Below are positions 47,587 through 56,115 of a stretch of DNA of 64,000 bases, in pieces. How positions within the stretch are numbered: position 1 is the stretch's first letter; each line of letters begins with the position of its first letter. The position numbers and the translations under genes were made by a program. The notes under the pieces were generated by a model, which searched no databases, was not told the origin of the DNA, and saw nothing but the letters and a program-made list of their open reading frames with translations. This DNA is from Deltaproteobacteria bacterium (lineage in GTDB: Bacteria; Myxococcota; Kuafuiibacteriia; Kuafuiibacteriales; Kuafuiibacteriaceae), in the NCBI GenBank assembly GCA_040218735.1, contig JAVJQW010000023.1, positions 544,001 to 608,000 of the forward strand. The letters are read 5' to 3'.

Positions 47587-48494
47587 CGCATTTTCCTTTC
47601 GAAGGCGAAGAGCAGCAGCTCGGCGATGAGGAAGGTCGGGATGGCAAACGGGCGCACGCAGTTGTCGACGTGACTCACGTGCCCCCGTGGGTCGACGCGC
47701 AGACGCGCGAGCGTCAGGCAGTGACCGAGGCGGTCGCAGGGATCCGGCTCACACGGCGCGCAGTCGCAGGTGAGGTAATCGCAGAGCCACCGGCGTACGT
47801 CGTCGGGGCGGCAGTCGTGGGGGTTGAGGTCCTCAGCGATCGTGCGCGGTAGCCGCGCGGTGCGCTCCGGCTCACCGAAGGGCTCCTCGGTGATCGTGAG
47901 ACACCAGCCGTGCCGAACGCGGGAGTCGTCACACGTAGGCTGGCAGCAGGTCTCGGGACCGCCGAGCGACTGCACGGGGCGCTCGCCGCGCTCCTGGTAG
48001 CAGAGCCCGATCCACAGCTCGACGTGGTCTCTCCAGTAGCGCTCGTCGGTGGGCGTGGGGCGATCTTGATCGCTGGCGTACGCGCCTTCGTCGCGGATCT
48101 CGCGCTTCACCTTGCCGATGAAAGCGCGGCGCGCGGCGGACTCGAGATCGATCTCGACGTCGCGCGACACCTCGATGCGGCGCCCCAGACAGTCCAGCGC
48201 GACACCGCGATTCACCGTGACCTTCCACGGACACGCATCGTCGAGCTCGTGCACCTTCAGGCCGCACACCGTCCCGTAGCCGTGGAGCTCGGCGTTGTGG
48301 TTCCGAATGTTCTGGAGGTGAAACGCCTGGTCGACGGAGAGGTCCTCCGCCTCCAGCAACATGCTGTAGAAGTAGCGGGTGCGGAGCGAGTCGTTCGTCC
48401 CGCGCGCCACACACGGATCCACGCAGTCGTCGGGCTCTGCGTGATCACGTCCGGGCCGGTGCGGGGCCGTGGCGATTGGCTTCTGTACGTGCAT
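47583..48494 (-). CDS. Cys-rich eCIS baseplate/fibre-attachment family protein (303 aa)
   Basis: AAAGGA before ATG 48494; RTRYFYSMLLEAEDLSVDQAF...HGYGTVCGLKV...VNRGVALDCLGR. Confidence 0.75.
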   Translation of the reverse strand: MHVQKPIATAPHRPGRDHAEPDDCVDPCVARGTNDSLRTRYFYSMLLEAEDLSVDQAFHLQNIRNHNAELHGYGTVCGLKVHELDDACPWKVTVNRGVALDCLGRRIEVSRDVEIDLESAARRAFIGKVKREIRDEGAYASDQDRPTPTDERYWRDHVELWIGLCYQERGERPVQSLGGPETCCQPTCDDSRVRHGWCLTITEEPFGEPERTARLPRTIAEDLNPHDCRPDDVRRWLCDYLTCDCAPCEPDPCDRLGHCLTLARLRVDPRGHVSHVDNCVRPFAIPTFLIAELLLFAFERKMR

Positions 48495-48514
48495 CGTTCG
48501 TCCTTTCTCGGTCC

Positions 48515-50578
48515 TCAGACCTTCGCGCCCATCCCGAGGCGAGGTCCGATACCGACCTGGGCCTCGGCGCGCGTCTCGGGCGCGCGCGTGAGCAACATGG
48601 CGTTTGTCGACGGGGGCTCGTCGGTGAGCACCCACGGTGCGTGGCGTCCGAGCGTCGCATCGAGCCCGAGCCGACCGAGTTGTCCGAGCGCGAGGTGTTG
48701 CGGTGCGACGCGCAGCTCCGCCTCCACTCCGGCCGGCTTCTCCCGCTGGACCATGCGATCGATCTGGGCCACCCGATCGGGATCGCGGCTCGTCGTCGGT
48801 CCGAGGTAGATGATGAGCTTTCCACGTCCCTGCGAGATCGGTCCGAGCTCCGGGTACGGCTTCGAGTCCAGGTTGCCGGCGCCGAGCCGTACCTGGTTCC
48901 CGAGGACGATGCGATCGCCGCCGCACGAGCCGGGCATGATCGAGTCGCAGCCCAGCGTGACGGTCCCGCCGAGTAGGAAGCTCCGTCGCTGTGCGAACGC
49001 TTCGACGATGCGGGCGTCCGAGGCTCCGTACAGCTCGAGGTAGCGCTCGAGCGCCCACCGCGTCCCACGCATCCGATACAGCGCGAACGCCAGGCTCAGC
49101 GCCCGCCGCTTCGTCGCGACGGACCAGTCCGGCTCGAGCACGAAGCCGATGCGTTCGGCGAGCCAGTCGAGCTGCGCGGCTGTCCCCGCGCGGGCGGAGA
49201 AGAACCGGTACGCCTCGTCGATCGTACGGGCGACCTCGACGTTGCTCGCCTCGAACATCGACAGGAACCGCGCGAGGAGATCGCGGCTCGTGGGGTCCTC
49301 GCTGAACACGGCTGGCAGGAACCGCAGGTACGTGACCCGCGGGTACTCGACGCGGAGCCACTCCAAGAGCGGCGCTTGTCGACCGTCGGAGAGCAGCTCG
49401 ATCTCCACGAACGCGAAGCGCCCGACGGCGCCGTCCATCAGGAGCTCACCGATGTCGTCGCCGCGCGGAAACGAGAACGGACGTGGCGCGGACCAGCGCG
49501 GATCCGCGCGGACCTCCTCTGGCGTGACGCCGTCGAGCGTGAGGCAGTCGTCGTCCGCGAGCACACGCGCGCTAAGGTGCGTGGATTGGGTGGCCCGAAT
49601 GACGAGGCGGTGCCACTCGACGCGCGGCGACTTGGCGTCGAGCGGGCCGACGATGAACGACCCGCTCGCGCGCACGAACCCCTCTGGCTCGAGCTCGAGC
49701 GGGTGAAGCGCACACGTCTCGTCGACCGCGACGAGACGCGCGGCGCGGAACGTCGCACCCACGAACGACCCGGACTCGCGCGTCCACCCGAGCGGGATCG
49801 GCTCGGAGCCCGACAGGTCCCACTGCACGACGCGCCCGGTCAGCGTGTCGCCCGCCCTGAGGTGCCCCTCGGAGTCGACCTCGAAGGCCCCGGACCAGCT
49901 CCGCTCGAGCACGTGCCGAACGAGCGCGTTCGCAGGGCCGGACCACACCGATCGCGTCCCGGAGCGCCCGGCGAAGATCGTACCGGTCGAGGAGACCGCG
50001 AGCCGGTTCGCCGGCGCGGAGAGCGCGAAGCGTGCGAGCGGTCGACCTTCGGGATCGATGCGCACGAGCTCGCCGCGCGTGAGCAACCAGATCTGCTCCG
50101 GGTGCAGGACCGCGGCGTCCAGCCGGGGCGGCACGACAGCGACGGCGACGGGCGCTTCGAACGTGCGCGCGCCGACGAGCCCCATCGGGTCGGAGCGGAG
50201 GATGTAGAGCCGGTCCTGGTCCGGGACGGTGACGTAGAGGCGCCCGCGTCCGGAGCGCGCCACGTCCGTCGCTCCCAAGAGGTCGCGCGGCCAGCACGCG
50301 GGCATGTCCAAGCGACGCGCTTCGTCGCCGCACACGTCGAGTCGGCAGAGTCCGTCGGGGCCCACGGCGATCGCGTAACCCGGTCCGTCGAACACGAGCC
50401 CCCCCAGCGGCGGCGCGCGCCCCGGTTCGGCCGTAGTGGTCGGGAGCTGCTTGGCCGGCGCGAGCGTCGTACCCGCGGGGGTACGCATGAGATCCGACGA
50501 CCGTTCGAAGGCGAGCGACCACCCGTTCCACCCGTCCAGGTGGAAGAACTTCTCCGCGCCGACGCCGGGGTTGCGCAC
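48515..50578 (-). CDS. Baseplate wedge protein: beta-propeller-like N-terminus + P2 tail protein I-like domain (~687 aa)
   Basis: YLRFLPAVF...LARFLSMFE...LDWLAERIG...LYRMRGTRWALERYL; C-terminal REKPAGV; GTG at 50578 just after the baseplate J stop. Confidence 0.8.
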   Translation of the reverse strand: MRNPGVGAEKFFHLDGWNGWSLAFERSSDLMRTPAGTTLAPAKQLPTTTAEPGRAPPLGGLVFDGPGYAIAVGPDGLCRLDVCGDEARRLDMPACWPRDLLGATDVARSGRGRLYVTVPDQDRLYILRSDPMGLVGARTFEAPVAVAVVPPRLDAAVLHPEQIWLLTRGELVRIDPEGRPLARFALSAPANRLAVSSTGTIFAGRSGTRSVWSGPANALVRHVLERSWSGAFEVDSEGHLRAGDTLTGRVVQWDLSGSEPIPLGWTRESGSFVGATFRAARLVAVDETCALHPLELEPEGFVRASGSFIVGPLDAKSPRVEWHRLVIRATQSTHLSARVLADDDCLTLDGVTPEEVRADPRWSAPRPFSFPRGDDIGELLMDGAVGRFAFVEIELLSDGRQAPLLEWLRVEYPRVTYLRFLPAVFSEDPTSRDLLARFLSMFEASNVEVARTIDEAYRFFSARAGTAAQLDWLAERIGFVLEPDWSVATKRRALSLAFALYRMRGTRWALERYLELYGASDARIVEAFAQRRSFLLGGTVTLGCDSIMPGSCGGDRIVLGNQVRLGAGNLDSKPYPELGPISQGRGKLIIYLGPTTSRDPDRVAQIDRMVQREKPAGVEAELRVAPQHLALGQLGRLGLDATLGRHAPWVLTDEPPSTNAMLLTRAPETRAEAQVGIGPRLGMGAKV

Positions 50579-50580
50579 CT

Positions 50581-52608
50581 TCAGCGATCCCCCCGCTCGA
50601 TGCCGATCTGATGGAGCGCCGAACGCCACAGGTGAGCGCCTTCGCGCATCTCGACGTCCTCGCAGTCGAACGTCTCGCCCCGCACGTGCAGCACGAGCTT
50701 TCGAATGGAACCGACCGACTCCAGCCGGAGCAGCTCGCTCGCGAGTTCGTTGTTCACGATGCGACGGCCCACGGGCCAACCGTCACCTTCGGCGCCGCCG
50801 CGCGTCGGATGCAGGTAGTCCTCGATTCGCGCCGCGACCTCTTCGCGCGCGCGGTCGGCGTCCGTCGGTCGCGCCGGAACCACGACGACCTCGGCCGTGA
50901 CGTCCTCGTAGACGGGCGCGATGACGAACAGCTCCGTGGTCAACACGCGGAACCGATCCAACTCACTGGCTACGTGCGCGAGGAACGTCTGGTCCGGCAT
51001 CGGCGCGACCTCGTCACGCGGTGCCTCGGGGACGACGATCAAAGTCACCGCGCCGGTCGCGGGCGCGGACGGAAAGCGTGGGTCGTGCCGGTCGAGGGCT
51101 ATCGCTCGAGCGGCGCCGGCGTCGAGCGCGAGCGCTTCGAAGTTCGACGCCGTGACGGCGGCGTCCAGCGACCGCACGCGCCCTGGGGCGGTCCGGCGCG
51201 CGACTTCGATGGGTTCTTCGTCCTGACCACCGGTCGCGAGCTCCAGCGGCTCGACGGTGCGAATGTCGGAGATCGCGAACTCACGCGTGAGTGACTTCTG
51301 ACCGTTGCCGACGGCGCCCCCTCCACTGCGGTAGGTGACGAACACGTTGTTCGTCCCGGACGGCGGGATGCGCCCTTCGATGCCGTCGCCGAACACGATC
51401 GACGCGCGGTCCGGGCTCACGGTGAAGATACGCCGTGGGCCGGGTGAGTCGTCGCGCCCTCGCCTGTCGCCGAGATCCTCGACGAGCTCCCAGACCTCCG
51501 GGTCGGGCTCCTTCACGAGCACCGACGGGGGGAAGTCGTCCGTCATGAGGATCGGCGCGTGCCGGACGTCGAAGGTCTGGTTCGGGGAGCCATCGCTCGC
51601 GCCGACACGCTCCTCGGCGTAGGTCCGCCACTGCACGAGCACAACAGCGTTCGGCGCCACGTACCGCACACGTCGTCGTTCCTCGCGCGCGGTGGCGTGG
51701 ACGCGCGCGCGGATCCAGTGTCGGAGCACGCCGTCCGTCGCGGAGCCCACCTGCGGGGCGAGCTTCGACGTCAGGGTGATCTCGATGAACCCATTGCTCC
51801 GCAGCGCGTCGGTCCGATCCGCCGCGACCTCCAGCGCGAACCACTGGCCGTCCTCGTCGAGGCCCTCCCAGACCACGTCCGAGGTGGGTTGCGCGGCCTG
51901 TACGGGCCTCGGGCCCGGCACCGTGGACGCCGGTTGAAGGGCGGCCTCCTCCTCGACCGTGCGCACGTAGATGCGGAGGCGACCCTCGTTCGACACGCCG
52001 AGGATGGGCGAGGGTTTGTTGGTCGCGGCGTCGATCTCCGTGTCGAAGCCGAAGTGGAGCGCGCGGTCCCTGAGGCGCGCCTCCCCGAACGGCGCATAGT
52101 CCTGGTCGGGTGCGAGGTTCAGCGCGGTGAGATCTTGAACCTGGGAGCTCACGCGGTCGTCGAGGAGGAGCGCGCCGAGGTTCGCCTTGATGAGGTGAAC
52201 GTCCTCGATGGCCTCGAAGAAGATGTCGTCGTCTTCACCGGGCGCGGAGAAACGGAGCTCGTGCGCGAGGAGAGATACAACACCGCCGGTCGGTTCCATC
52301 GTCGCCTGCACGGGCATCAACGCGGGCTTCGGTGGTCTCGGCGCGAACCCCAGGAGGTCGAGGAACTCGACGTACATGCGCTCGTCGGGGAGCCGATTGA
52401 GTCGGTAGAGGAGCGTCTCGGTGAGCCACGCGAAGACGTCGACGATCGCGATGCCGGGATCGCTGGTGTTGTACTCACTCCACTGACGCGCCGTTCGGCC
52501 GCGCTGGTCGACCTTCCAGTCGGGCACGTAGGCCGAGATGCGGCGGCGCGCTTCGCTGACCAAGTCCTCGAAGGTTCGGTCGTCGAGGTTTTCGGGGATG
52601 AAGGGCAT
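50581..52608 (-). CDS. Baseplate J-like assembly protein (Afp11/gp6-like)
   Basis: NLDDRTFEDLVSEARRRI...SDPGIAIVDVFAWLTE; SDGSPNQTF; FGDGIEGRIPP; AVTASNFE; YLHPTRGG..GDGWP. Confidence 0.93.
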   Translation of the reverse strand: MPFIPENLDDRTFEDLVSEARRRISAYVPDWKVDQRGRTARQWSEYNTSDPGIAIVDVFAWLTETLLYRLNRLPDERMYVEFLDLLGFAPRPPKPALMPVQATMEPTGGVVSLLAHELRFSAPGEDDDIFFEAIEDVHLIKANLGALLLDDRVSSQVQDLTALNLAPDQDYAPFGEARLRDRALHFGFDTEIDAATNKPSPILGVSNEGRLRIYVRTVEEEAALQPASTVPGPRPVQAAQPTSDVVWEGLDEDGQWFALEVAADRTDALRSNGFIEITLTSKLAPQVGSATDGVLRHWIRARVHATAREERRRVRYVAPNAVVLVQWRTYAEERVGASDGSPNQTFDVRHAPILMTDDFPPSVLVKEPDPEVWELVEDLGDRRGRDDSPGPRRIFTVSPDRASIVFGDGIEGRIPPSGTNNVFVTYRSGGGAVGNGQKSLTREFAISDIRTVEPLELATGGQDEEPIEVARRTAPGRVRSLDAAVTASNFEALALDAGAARAIALDRHDPRFPSAPATGAVTLIVVPEAPRDEVAPMPDQTFLAHVASELDRFRVLTTELFVIAPVYEDVTAEVVVVPARPTDADRAREEVAARIEDYLHPTRGGAEGDGWPVGRRIVNNELASELLRLESVGSIRKLVLHVRGETFDCEDVEMREGAHLWRSALHQIGIERGDR

Positions 52609-53030
52609 CAGGGCCTCTCACTTCCCTCCCGCAGGTAGAGCGGGAACACCTGGTTGAAGATGGCGTTGTTCTCGCGGAGTCGATAACTCAGCGAGGCGAC
52701 GAGGCGGGTCTCGATCTCCTCGTCCTCGGCGACCGAGACCTCCAGCACGTCGATACGCGGTTCGTGCGCGGCGAGCGCGTCGCGGATCGCACGTTCGAGG
52801 TGGTCGGCCGTCGCGGAGGTCTTGGCTTCGAAGAGGAGCTGCGGCACCTCCGATCCGAACTCCGGGCGCATCACACGCTCGTTCACACCCGTCCCCAGGA
52901 TGATCCGAATGGCCTCCTGGACGTCGCGCTCCGCTTCGACCATCGCGAAGCGGCCGTTGGCGTCGATGCGTACCGGGAAGGCCCAGCCCACCCCCAGCTC
53001 TCTGCGGCGATCGGAAGTCCTCATCATCAA
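52608..53030 (-). CDS. GPW/gp25-family baseplate protein (Afp9-like)
   Basis: LGVGWAFP...IRIILGT..NERVMRPEFGS...EPRIDV...NQVFPLYL. Confidence 0.95.
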   Translation of the reverse strand: MMMRTSDRRRELGVGWAFPVRIDANGRFAMVEAERDVQEAIRIILGTGVNERVMRPEFGSEVPQLLFEAKTSATADHLERAIRDALAAHEPRIDVLEVSVAEDEEIETRLVASLSYRLRENNAIFNQVFPLYLREGSERP

Positions 53031-53611
53031 CCCTTCTTGAGCGCGATGCTCGAGGCGACGACCTCGACCGTCGTCGCCTTGACCTTGATGCTGTTGGCGT
53101 TGTCGTCGAGGACGATCTCGTTGCCCCCGGCGCTCTTCACCGTGACCTTCTTGCCCTCGCCGGCCAGCTCGATCGTGTGTTCGTTGGCGATCGTGATGGT
53201 CTTGGATTTCTCGTCGATGAGTACCTTTTGTTTGTTCTTGGTCTCGATCAGGACCTTCTCCTCGCCTTCGACGTCAGATACCAGGACCTGAGTTCCGGCC
53301 TTCGTGTGAAACCTGCGCTCATCGACCTTCGTGGTCGGCGGCTTGCGTTTCTTCGAATAGATCGACCCGAGGACGAAGAGCATCTTGGGATCACCGGCGT
53401 AGTAGGCGACGACGACCTCGTCGCCCTTCTCCGGCACCGAGTAGGCGCCGTGCGTCTCCCCGGCGAACGGCATGAGGACGCGACACCAGTCCGTCTCTCG
53501 GTCCTTCTCGAGCGGAAGCTTGAGCCGCACCCGTCCGAGCTGCTCCTTCTTGTCCTCGCGGTCGACGACGATGCCGACCGTGAGCCCCATGGACTTGGAT
53601 GCGATCGTCAT
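53027..53611 (-). CDS. Baseplate assembly protein V (gp5 OB-fold + short beta-helix spike)
   Basis: GIVVD...LGRVRLKLP...TDWCRV...PEKGDEVVVAY..GDP...VLGSIY followed by beta-strand repeats. Confidence 0.92.
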   Translation of the reverse strand: MTIASKSMGLTVGIVVDREDKKEQLGRVRLKLPLEKDRETDWCRVLMPFAGETHGAYSVPEKGDEVVVAYYAGDPKMLFVLGSIYSKKRKPPTTKVDERRFHTKAGTQVLVSDVEGEEKVLIETKNKQKVLIDEKSKTITIANEHTIELAGEGKKVTVKSAGGNEIVLDDNANSIKVKATTVEVVASSIALKKG

Positions 53612-54714
53612 GCGTACGCCTTCCTGACCGAGAACGTCGTCTGGTAGCCGGACTGATCGATGCGATGGGTCGACTCGGTCACGTAGTAGGCGCCATCGAA
53701 GCGCTTCCCGAGGCCCTTCAGCTCGATGTTCACGCCGGCACGCAGGGAGGGAATGCCGACCGTCTGTCCGGAGCCGGTGACGAAGGAGTGCGCGTTTCGG
53801 CGCAGGACGGACTCGGCCAGAGTCTGAGCCTCCTCGTCGCTGAGTACGGCTTCCTTGAGGATGACCTCCTCTTTGCCCTTGCCGAACGCCGACTCCAGGA
53901 CCTCACCCGCGTTCTTGCCCTTTTGCTTGAGGTCGTTCAGCTTCGCGCGCGTCGCCGACTTCTCGATGAGTCGACCCTCGATCGGGTGCCAGCACCGCAC
54001 CGTCACCTTCGAGACCTGACGCGCCAACGTGAGGGACGGCGCAAAGGACATCAGCGACTTGCCGTACTCGAGGGTGAGGACGGGGCTGTTGCCTTCGCGG
54101 GTGTGTACGAAGTGGAGGTCGCCGTCTCGGAGGAAGACCTCGAAGTCGAGACGCTTCGCGCGCTCGAGGAGGAAGGAGATGTCGTCCTTGTTGTCCTGCG
54201 GGACGACGTCGTGTCGTTCCTTTGTCGAGTCGATGAGTGCCCCGAACCCATTTTCGCGGGCGATCTCCCCCGCGATCTCGGCGTCGGTCTTCTTCTCCCA
54301 ACTCTTGGTCTTCGGCTGGTTTCGGAGTCGGTGCAGGAGGTCGAGGCCGCGCACGACCAGCGTGGAGGACCCGGTCGGAGGGAACTGCGGGTCGAAGGCG
54401 ATGACCTCCCCCTGCAGCATGCGCTGCATCTTCGGGGCATCCGCGTAACCCATCTCGAGCTCGAACTGCTTGCCGAGGTCGATGGGGTCACCACCGTCCG
54501 AGTACTTGTACGTGGGTGACTCGCTCCGGCTGGTGTGACGGACGTTGTTGAGCACCAGCTCGACGGCAGCGAGGTCCTTGATGCTGTCCTTGAACTGAAC
54601 GCTCAGGACGTCACCCGCCTCTTCGTGCAGCTCCTTCCCGCCGATTCGGAACCGGAACTGCGGCGCGTAGAACCGAGGCGCCTTCCCGGTTCCCTGGTCG
54701 AGTACGACGTCCAT
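53608..54714 (-). CDS. Phage late control D / gp27-like hub protein
   Basis: ELEMGY, KTDAEIA.EIA, Q..KDDISFLLERAKRLDFE, GIPSLRAG, GLGKRFDGAYYVTESTH. Confidence 0.92.
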   Translation of the reverse strand: MDVVLDQGTGKAPRFYAPQFRFRIGGKELHEEAGDVLSVQFKDSIKDLAAVELVLNNVRHTSRSESPTYKYSDGGDPIDLGKQFELEMGYADAPKMQRMLQGEVIAFDPQFPPTGSSTLVVRGLDLLHRLRNQPKTKSWEKKTDAEIAGEIARENGFGALIDSTKERHDVVPQDNKDDISFLLERAKRLDFEVFLRDGDLHFVHTREGNSPVLTLEYGKSLMSFAPSLTLARQVSKVTVRCWHPIEGRLIEKSATRAKLNDLKQKGKNAGEVLESAFGKGKEEVILKEAVLSDEEAQTLAESVLRRNAHSFVTGSGQTVGIPSLRAGVNIELKGLGKRFDGAYYVTESTHRIDQSGYQTTFSVRKAYA

Positions 54715-55410
54715 CTACGCCTCCTCCTCGATCCGCGGCACCCGGAGGATCGCGCCCGGGGAGAGATCGGCCGCGTCGCGGAGGTTGTTGGCCGTGGCGA
54801 TCTCGCGCCACTGCGACGCATCACCGTACGCTTCGTGTGCGATGGCCGGCAGCGTGTCCCCGTGGCGAACGACGACCGTCTTGGTGCGGTCGGGGGAGCG
54901 CAGGTTCATCGCGCCGAGCTGCTCGATGACGGTCCGGTAGCGCTTCACGCCCAGAGCCACGTTCACGCGGAGCGGCGTCCCGTCCGGGTCGAAGAGGACG
55001 AACTGGCGCCGCACGGACTCGATGACGCCCTCGACGATGTTCTTGCTCCACTCGAAGACGACGATCGGCGGTGCGTGGCGCTCACCGTCGACCCGCGCGA
55101 GCTGCTGGAGCTTCTCGGCGTGTTTGGAGGCATCGCGCCCCGGTGTCCCCGGTGCCTCGTTGGTGGTGTCCACCAGGAGCTCGAACGTCAGCTTCTCGGT
55201 GTTGCCGCGTACGAACTGGATCACGGGCGCCTCGAGGCCGGGAATGCCGATCTCGGCGAAGGCGTTCGACTGCTCCATCGTGTACTCCTTCGGGTTGAAG
55301 AGCACGTCGACGGCGAGGTACTTGTCGTCCTTCTTTCCCTTGGGAAAGATCTTCATGCGTGTCAGCGGCTGCCGGTCAGCGAAGGGTTTGGTGAAGGAAA
55401 CCATTCTCAC
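54715..55410 (-). CDS. CIS tube-initiator protein with C-terminal LysM domain (Afp7-like)
   Basis: VLFNPKEYT, HAPPIVVFEW, LFDPDGTPLR, VVRHGDTLPAIA...YGDASQWREIATANNL. Alternative ATG at 55404. Confidence 0.92.
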   Translation of the reverse strand: MRMVSFTKPFADRQPLTRMKIFPKGKKDDKYLAVDVLFNPKEYTMEQSNAFAEIGIPGLEAPVIQFVRGNTEKLTFELLVDTTNEAPGTPGRDASKHAEKLQQLARVDGERHAPPIVVFEWSKNIVEGVIESVRRQFVLFDPDGTPLRVNVALGVKRYRTVIEQLGAMNLRSPDRTKTVVVRHGDTLPAIAHEAYGDASQWREIATANNLRDAADLSPGAILRVPRIEEEA

Positions 55411-55598
55411 TCACCTCCCAAGAGGTCGGGATCGCGTTGCTGGATCTTGCGCTCCTCTTCGAAGCGCCGCGCCGAATCTCGGCGCATCTGCTCGAGGAAC
55501 GCATCACGGACATCCACCGGATCCGGGCCACCGTGGTCCCTGGAGCTCTCCTCGGTGACGGCGATACGCGCGTCGAGATTTCCGATGATCAGCGGCAT
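55407..55598 (-). CDS. Small eCIS protein (Afp6-like positional equivalent, 63 aa)
   Basis: MPLIIGNLDARI N-terminus and charged C-terminal helix, between second tube and tube initiator. Confidence 0.65.
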   Translation of the reverse strand: MPLIIGNLDARIAVTEESSRDHGGPDPVDVRDAFLEQMRRDSARRFEEERKIQQRDPDLLGGE

Positions 55599-55599
55599 T

Positions 55600-56115
55600 T
55601 CACGTCAACCCGATATTCGAGAGCCCGAAATGATCGAGCCCTTCGTGAGCGATGGTGAGTGTTTCGGTCGCTACGCCGTTCTGACCCGCGTTGAGACCAG
55701 GGCCGGTCCATTTCAGCGGGAGCCCCTGCCGGAACATCCACGCTTGCGCTGGGATCCCTCCGTTGGTGAGTAGGACGATGATTCCGTCCTTCCGTTGGTA
55801 GACGCCGTCGCTGACCTTCCGGACCCAGGACCAGAGGTCGGAGGTGATGAGCAACCCGCGCTTCAGAACGAGGTCGGAGGGTTTCGTCCGCGTCGGGAGG
55901 CGGCGCACGTATTTGTTCTGACCGCCCTCGGGATAATCCAGCGTCTCGAGGCTCATCTCGATACCGGAGCACTCCGAGAACCCACCACCGAGGAGGGCCA
56001 ACGCAGCGCCCACCGTGGCCTTGGTGTCGAGCAGACCGGCGCTGTCGCGGAGCATCACGACGTACCGGAATGCGGGGAGCGGGAGCGGATTGAGGCGACC
56101 CGGGCGTTGAACCAT
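55600..56115 (-). CDS. Second tail tube protein (Afp5-like), locus B
   Basis: PAFRY...GGFSECSGIEM...YPEGGQN...LVLKRGL...WTGPGLNA...VATETLTIAHEGL; the start overlaps the sheath stop (track ORF to 57933 is over-extended). Confidence 0.92.
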   Translation of the reverse strand: MVQRPGRLNPLPLPAFRYVVMLRDSAGLLDTKATVGAALALLGGGFSECSGIEMSLETLDYPEGGQNKYVRRLPTRTKPSDLVLKRGLLITSDLWSWVRKVSDGVYQRKDGIIVLLTNGGIPAQAWMFRQGLPLKWTGPGLNAGQNGVATETLTIAHEGLDHFGLSNIGLT

